Source of the DNA: an uncultured Patescibacteria group bacterium
Lineage (GTDB): Bacteria > Patescibacteriota > Microgenomatia > UBA1400 > PJMF01
Direction of reading: 5' to 3'
Length of the DNA stretch: 64,000 bases
Assembly (NCBI GenBank): GCA_905478415.1
Contig: CAJQIG010000002.1
Coordinates: 120,834 to 184,833 of the forward strand
A program made the translations under genes and the position numbers. Position 1 is the first letter of the stretch. Each line of letters starts with the position of its first letter. The notes beneath the pieces are model-generated. The model was not told where the DNA came from. It made no database searches and worked only from the letters and a program-made list of their open reading frames with translations. Below are positions 55,016-64,000 of the stretch, piece by piece.

Positions 55016-56710
55016 ATGCACGAAAAAAATGTTGACCAGGCGCAATTAGTAAGCTCTGAGATTTTTGCTCAGGAGTTTAGCCTTCTGGGTATCGAGTACA
55101 ATGCTGATCCATCAGCAGTACTCGATCTATTGAAACTTGAGCCAAGTGGTCCGATTGGTGGCTTGGGTCGATTGCGTGTCTCAGAGGCTCCGGTTGGGTT
55201 TCCTGTTTTATATGATCAAGGTGGAGATCCTGGAATGTTGGCGTTTTACGAACAACTACAGGAGAAAACAAAACGACGTATGAGTGAGTTGCGAGGATAT
55301 TTCCAAGGACTACTGCGAAACTCTGATTTTTTGGAATACTTAGCTGATGAAAAAGAAGTAGACTTTGATGTGTTGCAAAAAGCGACTGGTATGAGCTCGG
55401 GATATGAAAATATTGTATCGAGAATGGAGTCAGTTCTCACCAATACAGTTGATCCTGAAGTTATTCCGATGGCTGTGGCAACGGCGACAGAAGATTTTAC
55501 TCTGGGGTGTGAGCTTGCTGCTATTTTTGACGGGCACTCTCAGCTTCGAAAAATGCTAACAAGAATAATTTCCAACCCTGAGTTTGTCAAAGAGTTTATG
55601 GCAAGCAAGGGGTTTGATGGATATACATCCAAGTGGCTAGAGATTTTGAACACATTTATTGCCACTGTATGTGAAAAGTACACAGCGCAGTTTCCCGAGA
55701 AAGAAAGTGATGAAATCAAAGAGCATCTACAACATTTTTTTAATATGGATGGTGCATTTTGGACGAATGATCCTCAAACTTGTGGCAAAATGATGGTTTT
55801 TGCGAAACAAACAACAACGGGTAACTATTTTCAACAGAGAGCTGAAGATGGTTCTGAAAATCAAGTTTGGTCTCGGTTTTCACAGCTGCCCGAATCATTA
55901 CCTGATTACATGAGTGAGTATGCCCAAGGATATCAAAAAGCTCGGTATTTTGTGGGAGTGTATTCACGAGCTAACACACTATTTAAAGAGCTTTTTTCCC
56001 AAGTGTATGTTGATCCTGTGATTAAGTCATTGTCAGTTTCTTACGCTCGACCTGTTCCTGGAAGAAAAGATGAGTTTAGCAGTTCAAGTTGTGCATCTAA
56101 TGGATTTTGGTCTGACAAAGATCGAACGATTGGTATACGAACACCAACTAGCCCAGAGGGGTTGCGGCCAGAAGCTATACAAAATGAAAAAGTTCAGGCT
56201 TTTGTGGGAGGTGAGGGGCGACGAGCTATTGTTGATGTACTTATGTTGATCCACGAAATTGCACATGCCGTTTATAATACTAGAGTTCAAGGCAGCCAAA
56301 TTATTGATCGGGAAAGCTATGCTGATTCAGCAGACCATGCAATCAATGAGGGACATTCTGTATTACTTGAACTAGTGTGTATCGATCATTTTATCCAGAA
56401 TGCAGCTGACTTGTCTTTAACGGATGAAGACGTTGTTTTTCTTGAAGACCAGAAGGTTGCACGACTGTACTTTTTTAAAAATACAAAAAGCGCTTATACT
56501 GAAGGGACATTTCGCATTTTACATAAAGTATTTGTGGCTGGAGCAGGAAAGGGTACAGAGCGAAATGTTGCGGCTGGACTAGAAGCAGTTGCGCAGTTTC
56601 TTGATGAAATCGACTCTATGAAAACCCTTGCTCTTCGAAGAGATTCACCCGAATATTTAGAGGCATTGCAATCTGGTGATCCAGAACAATGGTTTCAACT
56701 TTTTTCTTGA
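55016..56710 (+). CDS. Hypothetical protein with HExxH motif (possible zinc metalloprotease fold). Start placed at the internal Met; the longer ORF starting at 54935 overlaps tagA.
   Basis: LMLIHEIAHAVYN (HExxH) with a downstream Glu (INEGHSVLLE); otherwise no family recognised. Confidence 0.4.
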   Translation: MHEKNVDQAQLVSSEIFAQEFSLLGIEYNADPSAVLDLLKLEPSGPIGGLGRLRVSEAPVGFPVLYDQGGDPGMLAFYEQLQEKTKRRMSELRGYFQGLLRNSDFLEYLADEKEVDFDVLQKATGMSSGYENIVSRMESVLTNTVDPEVIPMAVATATEDFTLGCELAAIFDGHSQLRKMLTRIISNPEFVKEFMASKGFDGYTSKWLEILNTFIATVCEKYTAQFPEKESDEIKEHLQHFFNMDGAFWTNDPQTCGKMMVFAKQTTTGNYFQQRAEDGSENQVWSRFSQLPESLPDYMSEYAQGYQKARYFVGVYSRANTLFKELFSQVYVDPVIKSLSVSYARPVPGRKDEFSSSSCASNGFWSDKDRTIGIRTPTSPEGLRPEAIQNEKVQAFVGGEGRRAIVDVLMLIHEIAHAVYNTRVQGSQIIDRESYADSADHAINEGHSVLLELVCIDHFIQNAADLSLTDEDVVFLEDQKVARLYFFKNTKSAYTEGTFRILHKVFVAGAGKGTERNVAAGLEAVAQFLDEIDSMKTLALRRDSPEYLEALQSGDPEQWFQLFS

Positions 56711-56732
56711 AGATATAGAACATCTTGGAACG

Positions 56733-56775
56733 AAAAAGCCCCCAAGTATGTTACGAGGGGGCTGATCTTTATTTA
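56733..56775. terminator. Bidirectional terminator between convergent genes
   Basis: AAAAAGCCCCCaagtatgttacgaGGGGGCTgatcTTTATTT. Confidence 0.6.
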
Positions 56776-56787
56776 CTAAGGAGCAGT

Positions 56788-57783
56788 TTACCCACCACCG
56801 AAGCCAAAATACGTGCTTTCGCAATTATTTACTGTAATCTGGCCTAAATAGTGAGGGGAGAGATCTTTTGTGATCTTTTCGCCCCACCACCGAGTGGTGA
56901 AATCGAACTGTTCAAATAGAACAATGGTATGCTCGGAGGCATACTCAGGGATCTCTGAAATAAGGTCTGGCAAAAAAACAATTTCTTGTGTTGGCAGTAG
57001 TGCATATGAAGCGTCTTTACAGACTTCAATGTTCCAGCCGCCTGTCCAAGTTGTTGTTTCTTCTGTGGTTCCAATGAAGAGCCATTGGTTTTGAGTCAGA
57101 ATACTGCCACGTGCATAGAACCCATTTACAAAGAATTCGTACCCAATTGTGCCTGGGTGCGGAGTTTGTTCGTAACAGAGCTCGATCGCGTCCAAGACAT
57201 ACTCAGTTGGCAGATCCGGATCACGTTTTGTCATTTCGAAACACAAATTTGTTGTCTTTGTGATCACGCTTTCTTCGAGTTCTGTATCGAACATTTCTTC
57301 ATAGAATGCGCGAATTGGTTCAACTTTTGCCAGAGCGGTTTCGTAGCCTTCTATTTCTAGCAAATGACCAGATTCATAGTCTGGCTGTAGACGATCAATG
57401 TATCCATCAGAGACAATCGCTTCATAGGGTATGTCAAACACCATTTTTGGTTCACCATCATCCAGGTACCTGTCATCGATATAGATGAGATTTCCTACGG
57501 TAACTTCTACTGTGTCAATGCGTAGCCAGGCTTGGTAGCCCTGGTATTGACGAATTTCGTAAGCCATTCCATTGAGTTTGACATGAGCTGGGCAGCCGTT
57601 GTTTTCGCTTTCAACTTCGGCTGAGGTGATATCAAGCGACCCAACTTCACTGGTGTTTCCCCAGATGAGCCCGGTCGGGCAAGCAGGATTGAACTCCTCA
57701 TTTATTGCTTTGGCCTGGGTCGATTTTGGCGAAAGTGAAAAGAGTATAGAAATAATAACTGCTACAAAAAGTTTGCTTTTCAT
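56788..57783 (-). CDS. Secreted hypothetical protein
   Basis: Signal peptide MKSKLFVAVIISILFSLSPKSTQAKA; acidic, Tyr/Glu-rich mature region; no family recognised. Confidence 0.45.
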   Translation of the reverse strand: MKSKLFVAVIISILFSLSPKSTQAKAINEEFNPACPTGLIWGNTSEVGSLDITSAEVESENNGCPAHVKLNGMAYEIRQYQGYQAWLRIDTVEVTVGNLIYIDDRYLDDGEPKMVFDIPYEAIVSDGYIDRLQPDYESGHLLEIEGYETALAKVEPIRAFYEEMFDTELEESVITKTTNLCFEMTKRDPDLPTEYVLDAIELCYEQTPHPGTIGYEFFVNGFYARGSILTQNQWLFIGTTEETTTWTGGWNIEVCKDASYALLPTQEIVFLPDLISEIPEYASEHTIVLFEQFDFTTRWWGEKITKDLSPHYLGQITVNNCESTYFGFGGG

Positions 57784-57959
57784 GAGTTTCTCCTAGTAAA
57801 AAATTTAAAGAACGTGTGCTCGAGAGCACAAACATTACGCTGCTTTCGGCTACAGTTGTTCGCGATGGAACAATAAAGCCTCGTCAGTTCCACTAGTAGT
57901 GGAAGAGCAGTGGCCCGGGTGCTGCTTTCGCTGCACCCAGGGCCAAAACGCTTAGTTAT

Positions 57960-58397
57960 CTATTCAGAAGGAATGGTAACCCAATCTTGAGGATCAAGGT
58001 TTTCACCAAATGATCCTGCGGGAACATGGGTATATCCGCCAGCGTGGTAGACATCTACGACCCAGGCTCCATCGTCAACAGAGTCTTCTGTTCGCTTGAA
58101 TGCCTGGAAGGTTACGGGCACAGATCCCACTTTACAGACAACCATAATGTGTTTCTCGTTGAGGTCGGGATTTGGAGGCCCAAATGTTCTTTGTGCAATG
58201 AGGTATCCATCGTGCTTGATGCACACGTTGTGCAGAGGTGATTGGTTCACCGCTATAGCATTTACGGTTGAAACGAGTCCATATATAAAGCCGACAATCA
58301 CACAGATTGTCAAGAAAAACTGTGCAGTAATTATGAATAATTCAGTGAACAGTTTTCTTTTCTTTTTACTTGGTGTTTTTGCTGTTCCGGTTGTCAT
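57960..58397 (-). CDS. Small membrane-anchored hypothetical protein
   Basis: Lys-rich N-terminus, one TM helix (LFIITAQFFLTICVIVGFIYGLV), and a ~90-aa extracytoplasmic domain. Confidence 0.4.
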   Translation of the reverse strand: MTTGTAKTPSKKKRKLFTELFIITAQFFLTICVIVGFIYGLVSTVNAIAVNQSPLHNVCIKHDGYLIAQRTFGPPNPDLNEKHIMVVCKVGSVPVTFQAFKRTEDSVDDGAWVVDVYHAGGYTHVPAGSFGENLDPQDWVTIPSE

Positions 58398-58548
58398 GGG
58401 AAATACTCTCCTTTTTTTGAGATTTGACTAAACGTTATTAAAGATCAGATGCTGTTAGTGGTTGTTACAACAACATCGATATATCCCATAGTATATCAAA
58501 ATAGTATTATTTGTCAATAAAAAATAAAATAAAAAAACTCAATAAAAG

Positions 58549-59460
58549 TTGCTTTTTTCAAAAAAAAATGACAAAATAAAAATGTTGCCAAGTTATAACT
58601 CAGAAAAACATACAATAGTTTCAAAAAAAAGTAACAGCAAAGGGAAAAGTCGAATGGCAAGAACACACTCAGAGCAAGTACATCCAGTGGGCGAGCAGAA
58701 TCTGGAGTTTTTATTCTCTCAGCTAGGACTATCACAGAAAGCACTGGTGATATATACAACTCTGCTCCAGAGCAAAGGGTTAAAAGTGGCTTCTATTTCT
58801 CAGAAGTCGGCTATTAAACGAGGTACTGCCTATGTGCTTTTAGCAGAACTTGAAGAGTTAGAGCTTATTGAAGGATATGAAAAAAGTGGCGTGCAGTATT
58901 ATCGTGCAACGTCTCCAGAAAATTTACTGACGCTGGTTGAACGTAGAAGAAAAGAACTGTTGGCAACAAAAGTATTGGCAGAGGACGTGGTAAAAGATCT
59001 CAAGAAGCAGTGGAAAGTTGCTGTTGGTCGACCCGTTGTTCAGTATTACGAAGGTAGAGAAGGGATACAAAAAGTTTTTGCGGATATTTATGCTCCTAAA
59101 GATGAGCCGGTGTATGGTTGTGTAGACCTAGAGGTCGCTGACACTGTGTTTCCTGAGGAAATTACTGAAAAACTAATCCCAATTCGTATACAGAACAAGC
59201 TGTTTGCATACACCATTTTGGGAGATTCTCCGTTGGCTCAGGAAGTGGCATCAAGAGATAGCGAGCAATGTCGAAGTACTCGTCTAGTTGCTAAAGAAGA
59301 ATATCCATTTCCAGCTGAAATTGATGTGTACGAAGATAAAATTGCCATGTTGAGTTTTGATAAAGGGGATTTTGTTGCAACAATTATCGAAAATAGAGAC
59401 TTTGCTCAGACGCTCAGAAGTATTTTTAAACTTGCGTTTGATGCCAAGCAGTCAAGCTAG
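58549..59460 (+). CDS. TrmB-family-like transcriptional regulator (N-terminal winged helix). True start probably the internal Met at ~58654 (MARTHSEQ).
   Basis: LGLSQKALVIYTTLLQSKGLKVASISQKSAIKRGTAYVLLAELEELELIE wHTH pattern followed by a ~200-aa C-terminal domain. Confidence 0.5.
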   Translation: MLFSKKNDKIKMLPSYNSEKHTIVSKKSNSKGKSRMARTHSEQVHPVGEQNLEFLFSQLGLSQKALVIYTTLLQSKGLKVASISQKSAIKRGTAYVLLAELEELELIEGYEKSGVQYYRATSPENLLTLVERRRKELLATKVLAEDVVKDLKKQWKVAVGRPVVQYYEGREGIQKVFADIYAPKDEPVYGCVDLEVADTVFPEEITEKLIPIRIQNKLFAYTILGDSPLAQEVASRDSEQCRSTRLVAKEEYPFPAEIDVYEDKIAMLSFDKGDFVATIIENRDFAQTLRSIFKLAFDAKQSS

Positions 59461-61261
59461 GTTCGGGCTCACTTACTTTTTGTAGCACAAATGTGTGGCG
59501 AATATGATCACTTTTAGTTTTCCATTTACTTGGTGTATTTGGGATGGTTGGTGTGTTTGAGTTAAGTGGCTCTGAAACAAGTTGAAAGCCTGCTTTCTTA
59601 AATAGAGTGAGCGAAATATAATCAGGATCAATTGCAAATTTTTTGGTAAGCTTTGTGCCGTCAGAGAGTTCAAAGTGACGTTCCATAGTGCCATATGGTT
59701 CTTCTGGATGAGCGGCGTGATATTCATCTGCCTCAGCTCTATAATTTTCAAAAGAAGCGATATCAATCACCAGTATGCCACCAGGCTGCAGTGAGTTTGA
59801 GATATTAGCGAGCATGATTTCTTGCTCATGATAGGGAAGATCTTGCAGGACCGACCAGGTACTGAGTGCCATATTGTATGGTTCACCCCCACCGAGAACG
59901 GTGTTGTGTTGTTGTCCAAGATCTGCTTGAGCTTTTTCCCAGGGAGTGTTTGTTGTTTGTGGATTTATATCAAGTCCAACTACTCGTTTAAGCTGTGGGC
60001 GATATGCATCCATAATTGGTTCTAGAATGCGTCCATGCCCAACTCCAGCATCGAGGAGTGAAAAAGATTCAGGAATTAGGTGTTGGTCTTTGAGCCACTC
60101 GATAATTGTTGCATAACGAGTGAGTTCTTGCTGAGTATCTCCCGTTGCCGAAGCAATGCTTTTTTCTAGTTCATCACCGGAGCTTGGATAAAAGAACTCA
60201 CAAGCATTCTGAAATTCATTGGGAATTGCTCGGGAAAGTGATCTAAAAAATTGTGTTTCAATCATAGATTGACCTATAGCAAGAAGATCAGAACTATGTT
60301 CAGTATCTGAGAAGAGGTTGGTGAGGATGATATGTTGTTCTGACAGCGTTCGCTTTGATGGTATATCGACGGTAACCTGAAAAATATCATCAAATACCTG
60401 CTGTAATGATCCAAAGGCAGCTTCAATAAGTTCCCAAGAGAAGTTGGGGTTGCTGTGCTGAGTAAGTGCTGTTTTGGTTATTTGTGTGGCAATATCAAAA
60501 ATTTGTTTTTTGAAGAGATCGATAGTCTGAGAATGTTGCTCCTTCTGTTTTTGAGAGTATTCCTGAGGATTTAATTTTTGGAGTACGAGCTCGAATGATT
60601 CAAGTATCTCAAATATGGCAAAGTAAGCAGGGATAAGTTCTGCCGCTTGGTCTGGATAGCGTAGTGCCATGTCCGTTGCGCGTTTGCTAGCATGTTCATC
60701 CGAAATGCAAAACCCAAGAGCACTAGCTTTGGTACCAAATGTTTCTATCAGAAGATTAAGGTGTGCAATGGCTCGTGGATATGGTGGCCGCATCTGTGTC
60801 ATTTCCAGGTCACGTCTGTACAGCCGGTGGTAGTGGAACATAATGCTGAAGGGAAACTGGGTAATACTCTGAATACCTGTCAGCTCTACAAACTCACTTT
60901 CAGATGAGAAAAGTGTAGGAAGATCTGTAATTAAATTTGCGAGTTCTGATTCGGTCGGTGATACAAAAAGTGGATATGTGTCTTGCAAGGCTTGCAGTAG
61001 TGGCGTTGGTGTTAGCTCAACTGAAGGAGTAGCAGAGCGAGAAAGAGTGCAGCCGCCAATAAGATTTTGATCCGCATCAAGAAGCGCGTATACTCGAGGT
61101 TGAATTTCGAGAACTTGCGTAACTTGTGGAGCATCGATGAGGTGTACTTGTGTTCCCTCATGCATAAAGACGCCATTGATGACAGGAAGATTCTCCATTT
61201 TGAATTGAAGGGTATCTTGACCAATGTGGTCTGGTTGTATTCGCAGTGAGTCCATTGTCAT
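59426..61261 (-). CDS. Large (611 aa) protein with a C-terminal class I SAM-dependent methyltransferase domain; N-terminal ~380 aa of unknown function
   Basis: Motif I LLDAGVGHGRILEPI, motif II RVVGLDINPQ, motif IV-like LQPGGILVIDIAS. Confidence 0.55.
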   Translation of the reverse strand: MTMDSLRIQPDHIGQDTLQFKMENLPVINGVFMHEGTQVHLIDAPQVTQVLEIQPRVYALLDADQNLIGGCTLSRSATPSVELTPTPLLQALQDTYPLFVSPTESELANLITDLPTLFSSESEFVELTGIQSITQFPFSIMFHYHRLYRRDLEMTQMRPPYPRAIAHLNLLIETFGTKASALGFCISDEHASKRATDMALRYPDQAAELIPAYFAIFEILESFELVLQKLNPQEYSQKQKEQHSQTIDLFKKQIFDIATQITKTALTQHSNPNFSWELIEAAFGSLQQVFDDIFQVTVDIPSKRTLSEQHIILTNLFSDTEHSSDLLAIGQSMIETQFFRSLSRAIPNEFQNACEFFYPSSGDELEKSIASATGDTQQELTRYATIIEWLKDQHLIPESFSLLDAGVGHGRILEPIMDAYRPQLKRVVGLDINPQTTNTPWEKAQADLGQQHNTVLGGGEPYNMALSTWSVLQDLPYHEQEIMLANISNSLQPGGILVIDIASFENYRAEADEYHAAHPEEPYGTMERHFELSDGTKLTKKFAIDPDYISLTLFKKAGFQLVSEPLNSNTPTIPNTPSKWKTKSDHIRHTFVLQKVSEPEPSLTAWHQTQV

Positions 61262-61296
61262 CTACCTCTATAGTACTGCAATTTACTTCAAAAATA

Positions 61297-61335
61297 AAAA
61301 CAGCTCCTGTTTAAGAGAGCTGTTTCAAGTTTCGT
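61297..61335 (-). terminator. Rho-independent terminator (minus strand) after the excisionase-like gene
   Basis: Minus strand reads AACAGCTCtcttaaacagGAGCTGTT followed by TTTATTTTT. Confidence 0.6.
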
Positions 61336-61349
61336 TACTGTGTTAAAAG

Positions 61350-61619
61350 CTACTCATCCTCAGGAGTTACGCCCAAAAGCCAAAGCACAGCTTCTTTTTT
61401 GTAGCGTCTATCTCCTCGAGAGTTAATGCGAATAGCGGGAAGTTTCCCGCGTTTGCCCCATCGTTTGATAGTTAGGGGAGAGACTCTGAGTAAGTCAGCG
61501 ACTTCACGGACTGTTAGAAGGTCTGGAAGATTGTTGATATCTAACTTAGTTGCATCGTTGGCTCGACCGGTTTTTTTGTCATCTTCTGATACTTGAGGCA
61601 TCGTTGCTGATGAGTTCAT
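61350..61619 (-). CDS. Excisionase-family / MerR-like helix-turn-helix DNA-binding protein
   Basis: LLTVREVADLLRVSPLTIKRWGKRGKLPAIRINSRGDRRYKKEAVLWL matches the excisionase-family HTH pattern (T.E.A.lL.vs..T..rW...G.lp....g...r.y....v). Confidence 0.65.
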   Translation of the reverse strand: MNSSATMPQVSEDDKKTGRANDATKLDINNLPDLLTVREVADLLRVSPLTIKRWGKRGKLPAIRINSRGDRRYKKEAVLWLLGVTPEDE

Positions 61620-61785
61620 GATTTCCTTTATTTACTCTACTTTTTACAGATTATTCTGCTTGCTGTGATCTTGATTTCCGGTGAGAAGTGATACAAACAA
61701 TAGCTTATCTAACCATAAAGGTAGCAGAGTGGAATGAAGTGGGTCAATAGGGAATTTGTACTTTTTTGATGTTGTTTGAACTTGT

Positions 61786-61841
61786 TCACATTTACATCCG
61801 ATAATATATTTTTGCACATCCGATAGTATATTAGATGTGAA
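61786..61841. promoter_or_regulatory. Candidate operator upstream of the excisionase-like gene: two 16-nt direct repeats bracketed by a 7-bp inverted repeat
   Basis: TTCACAT-tt-ACATCCGATAaTATAT-ttttgc-ACATCCGATAgTATAT-tag-ATGTGAA. Confidence 0.35.
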
Positions 61842-61939
61842 AAACTCGAGTAAAATACTCAACTAAAGTAAAAATGACACTTTGTTCGTGTTTTGTTCGT
61901 TTATGAAATTATTGAGTAGTTTGCAGGAGGCGACTTGGA

Positions 61940-62239
61940 TTATGAAGTTGTTGATTGTGATAGGATTTCGAGGAGGATGGTAATAAGTTTGGTAATGTCT
62001 TTTTTTTCACGTTTCGTGAGGTAGCCTTCTGTGTGTAGAGAGTTGGCTTGATGTCTCAGGTTTTCTAGAGAATCTGTATCGCCGGCTTTATATGAGTCCC
62101 TTGAATGTTGAAAAAGTTCCGAGTATTTGTTGGGATCATGAGGATAGCGATTGTTTGTTTCCATAGATTTTGAGTCTTTTTGATGTAGATAGTATACACC
62201 AAAGGTCAAAAAAAGTGCCAGGCATACTGCCTGGCACAA
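61940..62239 (-). CDS. Small hypothetical protein
   Basis: ORF only; hydrophobic N-terminus; no recognised motif. Confidence 0.25.
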   Translation of the reverse strand: MCQAVCLALFLTFGVYYLHQKDSKSMETNNRYPHDPNKYSELFQHSRDSYKAGDTDSLENLRHQANSLHTEGYLTKREKKDITKLITILLEILSQSTTS

Positions 62240-62264
62240 ATAACAACTAATTCAAAAAAACATA

Positions 62265-62912
62265 TTACTGAGGACGATTGAACAGTGACCCCCACCAGTC
62301 ATAGGTGGTGGCGATGGGGAGATCAAAGGTAATCTCTGCAGTGATTTCTTCGGCTTCTCGGCGTGTTTGATATCGAGCATCAAAGCCAGCTTGGCCGCTT
62401 CGCCAGTGAAAGTATTCGTGCGTGTCGCAGCTATCAGATATAGAAGTAACTTTGCCATTTCGGTCAAAAAACACACAAACACCATCAAGTTCCATAGAGT
62501 GAACTCGGGCAACATACTCAATCCGTTTGCCAACTGGCAAGGTTTGAGAAACAGTTGCCACCAAGGTTCTATACACCTGGGCCTCTTCAGTTTCTAAAGA
62601 GAGAATAATGATTTGGTCTAGGTTTGGCCTCGTTATGTAGTAATCAACTGATTTAAAAACCGAAAAGAGGGGGGCAGGAAACTGCGTGCCACTCTCAATC
62701 AGGCACTGTTTTCTCCAAAAACGTGCATTCTCTTGGGGTACCCCTTCAACACAAAAGTCATAGTTGGTGACCTGGTACTCATGGGCACTTGTATTTCCAT
62801 TGTTTGCATAGCAGGCAGCTAAGCTGACCAAGTTCACACCAAGCCAAGCCACTACACAAAAAAAGACAACTTGTTTCCAACTGTACGAAGTTTCCACGGA
62901 TTGTTCCTCCAA
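62265..62912 (-). CDS. Membrane-anchored hypothetical protein
   Basis: N-terminal TM (VVFFCVVAWLGVNLVSLAAC), then a Cys/Tyr-containing extracytoplasmic domain. Overlapping out-of-frame ORF 62252-62533 rejected. Confidence 0.4.
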   Translation of the reverse strand: MEEQSVETSYSWKQVVFFCVVAWLGVNLVSLAACYANNGNTSAHEYQVTNYDFCVEGVPQENARFWRKQCLIESGTQFPAPLFSVFKSVDYYITRPNLDQIIILSLETEEAQVYRTLVATVSQTLPVGKRIEYVARVHSMELDGVCVFFDRNGKVTSISDSCDTHEYFHWRSGQAGFDARYQTRREAEEITAEITFDLPIATTYDWWGSLFNRPQ

Positions 62913-63011
62913 TTTTTTTGAAATGTTTGATAAAGAGCAATTGAAAATTGCCTGCTACACAGCAGATTTTCAATGACTGTGAGGGGATTATACCCTATAT
63001 TTCTAAATATA

Positions 63012-63042
63012 CAAAAAAGCACCAGACGCTTTGCCTGGTGCT
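63012..63042 (-). terminator. Rho-independent terminator after rplL (minus strand)
   Basis: Minus strand: AAAGCACCAGgcaaagcgtCTGGTGCTTTTTTG. Confidence 0.65.
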
Positions 63043-63084
63043 TTCTAGTTTACATTTTAAAATGTAGAAACTGTTGGAGTGAAC

Positions 63085-63462
63085 TTACTTAAGCTCAACC
63101 ACACAGCCAGCTTCTTCAAGAGCTTTCTTAGCTGCTTCTGCAGTTTCTTTGTTTGCTGCTTCGAGAACAGTCTTAGGAGCTGATTCAACGAAGGTCTTTG
63201 CATCACCAAGGCCGAGTTCAGGCTTGAGGGCACGAACAGCTTTGATAGCAGCGATCTTGTTAGATCCAGCTTCTTTTAAGACGACATCGAATTCGTCTTT
63301 TTCTTCAACAGCTTCTGCAGCTGCTGCTGGTGCGGCACCCATCATCATAGGGGCGGCAGCACTTACTCCGAACTCTTCTTCAAGAGCCTTTACGAGCTCA
63401 GAAACTTCAACGAGTGAAAGTTCTTTGACTGAGTCAACGATTTTTTGAACTTTATCTGACAT
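63085..63462 (-). CDS. rplL: 50S ribosomal protein L7/L12
   Basis: N-terminal dimerisation helix ([29 protein letters not shown]), Ala/Met-rich hinge, C-terminal domain [59 protein letters not shown]. Confidence 0.95.
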   Translation of the reverse strand: MSDKVQKIVDSVKELSLVEVSELVKALEEEFGVSAAAPMMMGAAPAAAAEAVEEKDEFDVVLKEAGSNKIAAIKAVRALKPELGLGDAKTFVESAPKTVLEAANKETAEAAKKALEEAGCVVELK

Positions 63463-63527
63463 GTTTTTCCTTTCTTAAGAATTATTTTGGTCAGTTATTT
63501 CTTTTTTATACTTGTTACTACAGGTGA

Positions 63528-64000
63528 CTAGGCACCTTTTTCGGCAATTGCTTTTAATGCGTATACCAGATCTCTTTGGCCTGCTTTCAAGACGTTAACA
63601 AGTCCAGTTGCTGGAGCTTGGAGACGGTTGAGTAACATACCAATGAGTTCTTCTTTTCCTGGAAGCTTGCTTAAAGCTTCGACTTCTGCAGAGGAGAGGA
63701 CTTTTTCATCCATGTATCCTTGCTTGATAGTGAGTTTTTTCTCTTCTTTATGAAAATCGAAGAGTTTCTTGAGGGCAGAAACAGCATCGTTATAAGAAAA
63801 AACGATGGCGTTCATACCTTCGAGAGATTCACTAACTTTTCCCTTACCGATAGCGATATCGATTAAGGTGTTTTTAGCTACCAGCATTTCGCCGCCAGCT
63901 TCTGTAATTGCGGATCTGAGTTTAACTTGATCATTCACAGTTGTTCCAGAGTAATCAACAATGGCGACTGACTGTGCTTTTTCGAGTTTCTGCTTCAAGA
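63528..64000 (-). CDS. rplJ: 50S ribosomal protein L10 (5' part runs off the window end)
   Basis: Order L10 then L7/L12. Sequence ...[34 protein letters not shown]...[18 protein letters not shown]... is typical L10. Confidence 0.85.
   Translation of the reverse strand, partial: LKQKLEKAQSVAIVDYSGTTVNDQVKLRSAITEAGGEMLVAKNTLIDIAIGKGKVSESLEGMNAIVFSYNDAVSALKKLFDFHKEEKKLTIKQGYMDEKVLSSAEVEALSKLPGKEELIGMLLNRLQAPATGLVNVLKAGQRDLVYALKAIAEKGA

Noticed and set aside
57895-57950. GC-rich near-palindrome (GGCCCGGGTGCtgctttcgcTGCACCCAGGGCC) between two minus-strand genes
   Set aside because: Not followed by a U-tract on either strand, so not a convincing intrinsic terminator; left as an unexplained stem-loop of low priority.
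62252-62533. 93-aa ORF overlapping 62265-62912 in another frame
   Set aside because: The longer overlapping ORF has a coherent TM plus ectodomain organisation; the shorter one is taken as spurious.
1-64000. Possibility of an alternative genetic code (UGA recoding as in some CPR lineages)
   Set aside because: Long conserved genes (leuS, argS, atpA, atpD, murD, the 3889-aa ORF) are uninterrupted under the standard code with conserved motifs in frame.
1-64000. CRISPR arrays or cas genes
   Set aside because: No regularly spaced short direct repeats and no Cas-like proteins were seen. The only periodic repeats are the in-frame coding repeats of the giant genes.

Overview
This 64 kb window looks like a chromosomal segment of a small-genome, low-GC bacterium with a Gram-positive-like envelope. 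By gene content it is most consistent with a CPR/Patescibacteria (Saccharibacteria-like) lineage; that assignment is inference only. The standard code (11) fits: leuS, argS, atpA/atpD and a 3889-aa ORF all read through without UGA problems. Housekeeping genes recognised from motifs: leuS, argS, ndk, mreB, murD, a TagA/WecB-family glycosyltransferase, an M16 peptidase, rplL and a partial rplJ, one tRNA-Arg(CCU), and an F-type ATP synthase operon (atpF-H-A-G-D-C). The rest is dominated by cell-surface and DNA-uptake functions: three tandem type IV pilin-like genes; two giant, oppositely oriented, fibre-like surface proteins (3889 aa and 1547 aa) built from many NVGIGT(S/T)TP-type beta-helical repeats; a ComEA-ComEC pair directly downstream of the second giant gene; and a cluster of paralogous secreted or membrane-anchored proteins (15.7-22.1 kb). 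The most unusual signals are these six. (1) The two giant genes share a long (>600 bp), ~88-90% identical DNA cassette in inverted orientation about 27 kb apart. (2) The larger giant protein carries an N-terminal cytoplasmic domain resembling the tyrosine-recombinase core-binding (SAM-like) domain. (3) The smaller giant protein has an internal Peptidase_S74 intramolecular-chaperone (tail-spike auto-processing) domain followed by another ~210 aa and a Pro/Thr tail. (4) The ATP synthase operon lacks atpB; its first gene is a fusion of a secreted domain to a c-subunit-like hairpin that has lost the ion-binding carboxylate. (5) A T-box core (AGGGTGGTACCG) sits in the argS leader. (6) An 18/20-nt direct repeat of the tRNA-Arg 3' end lies 170 bp beyond the tRNA, an att-site-like scar. 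Coordinates of small RNA and regulatory elements are approximate to a few nucleotides.
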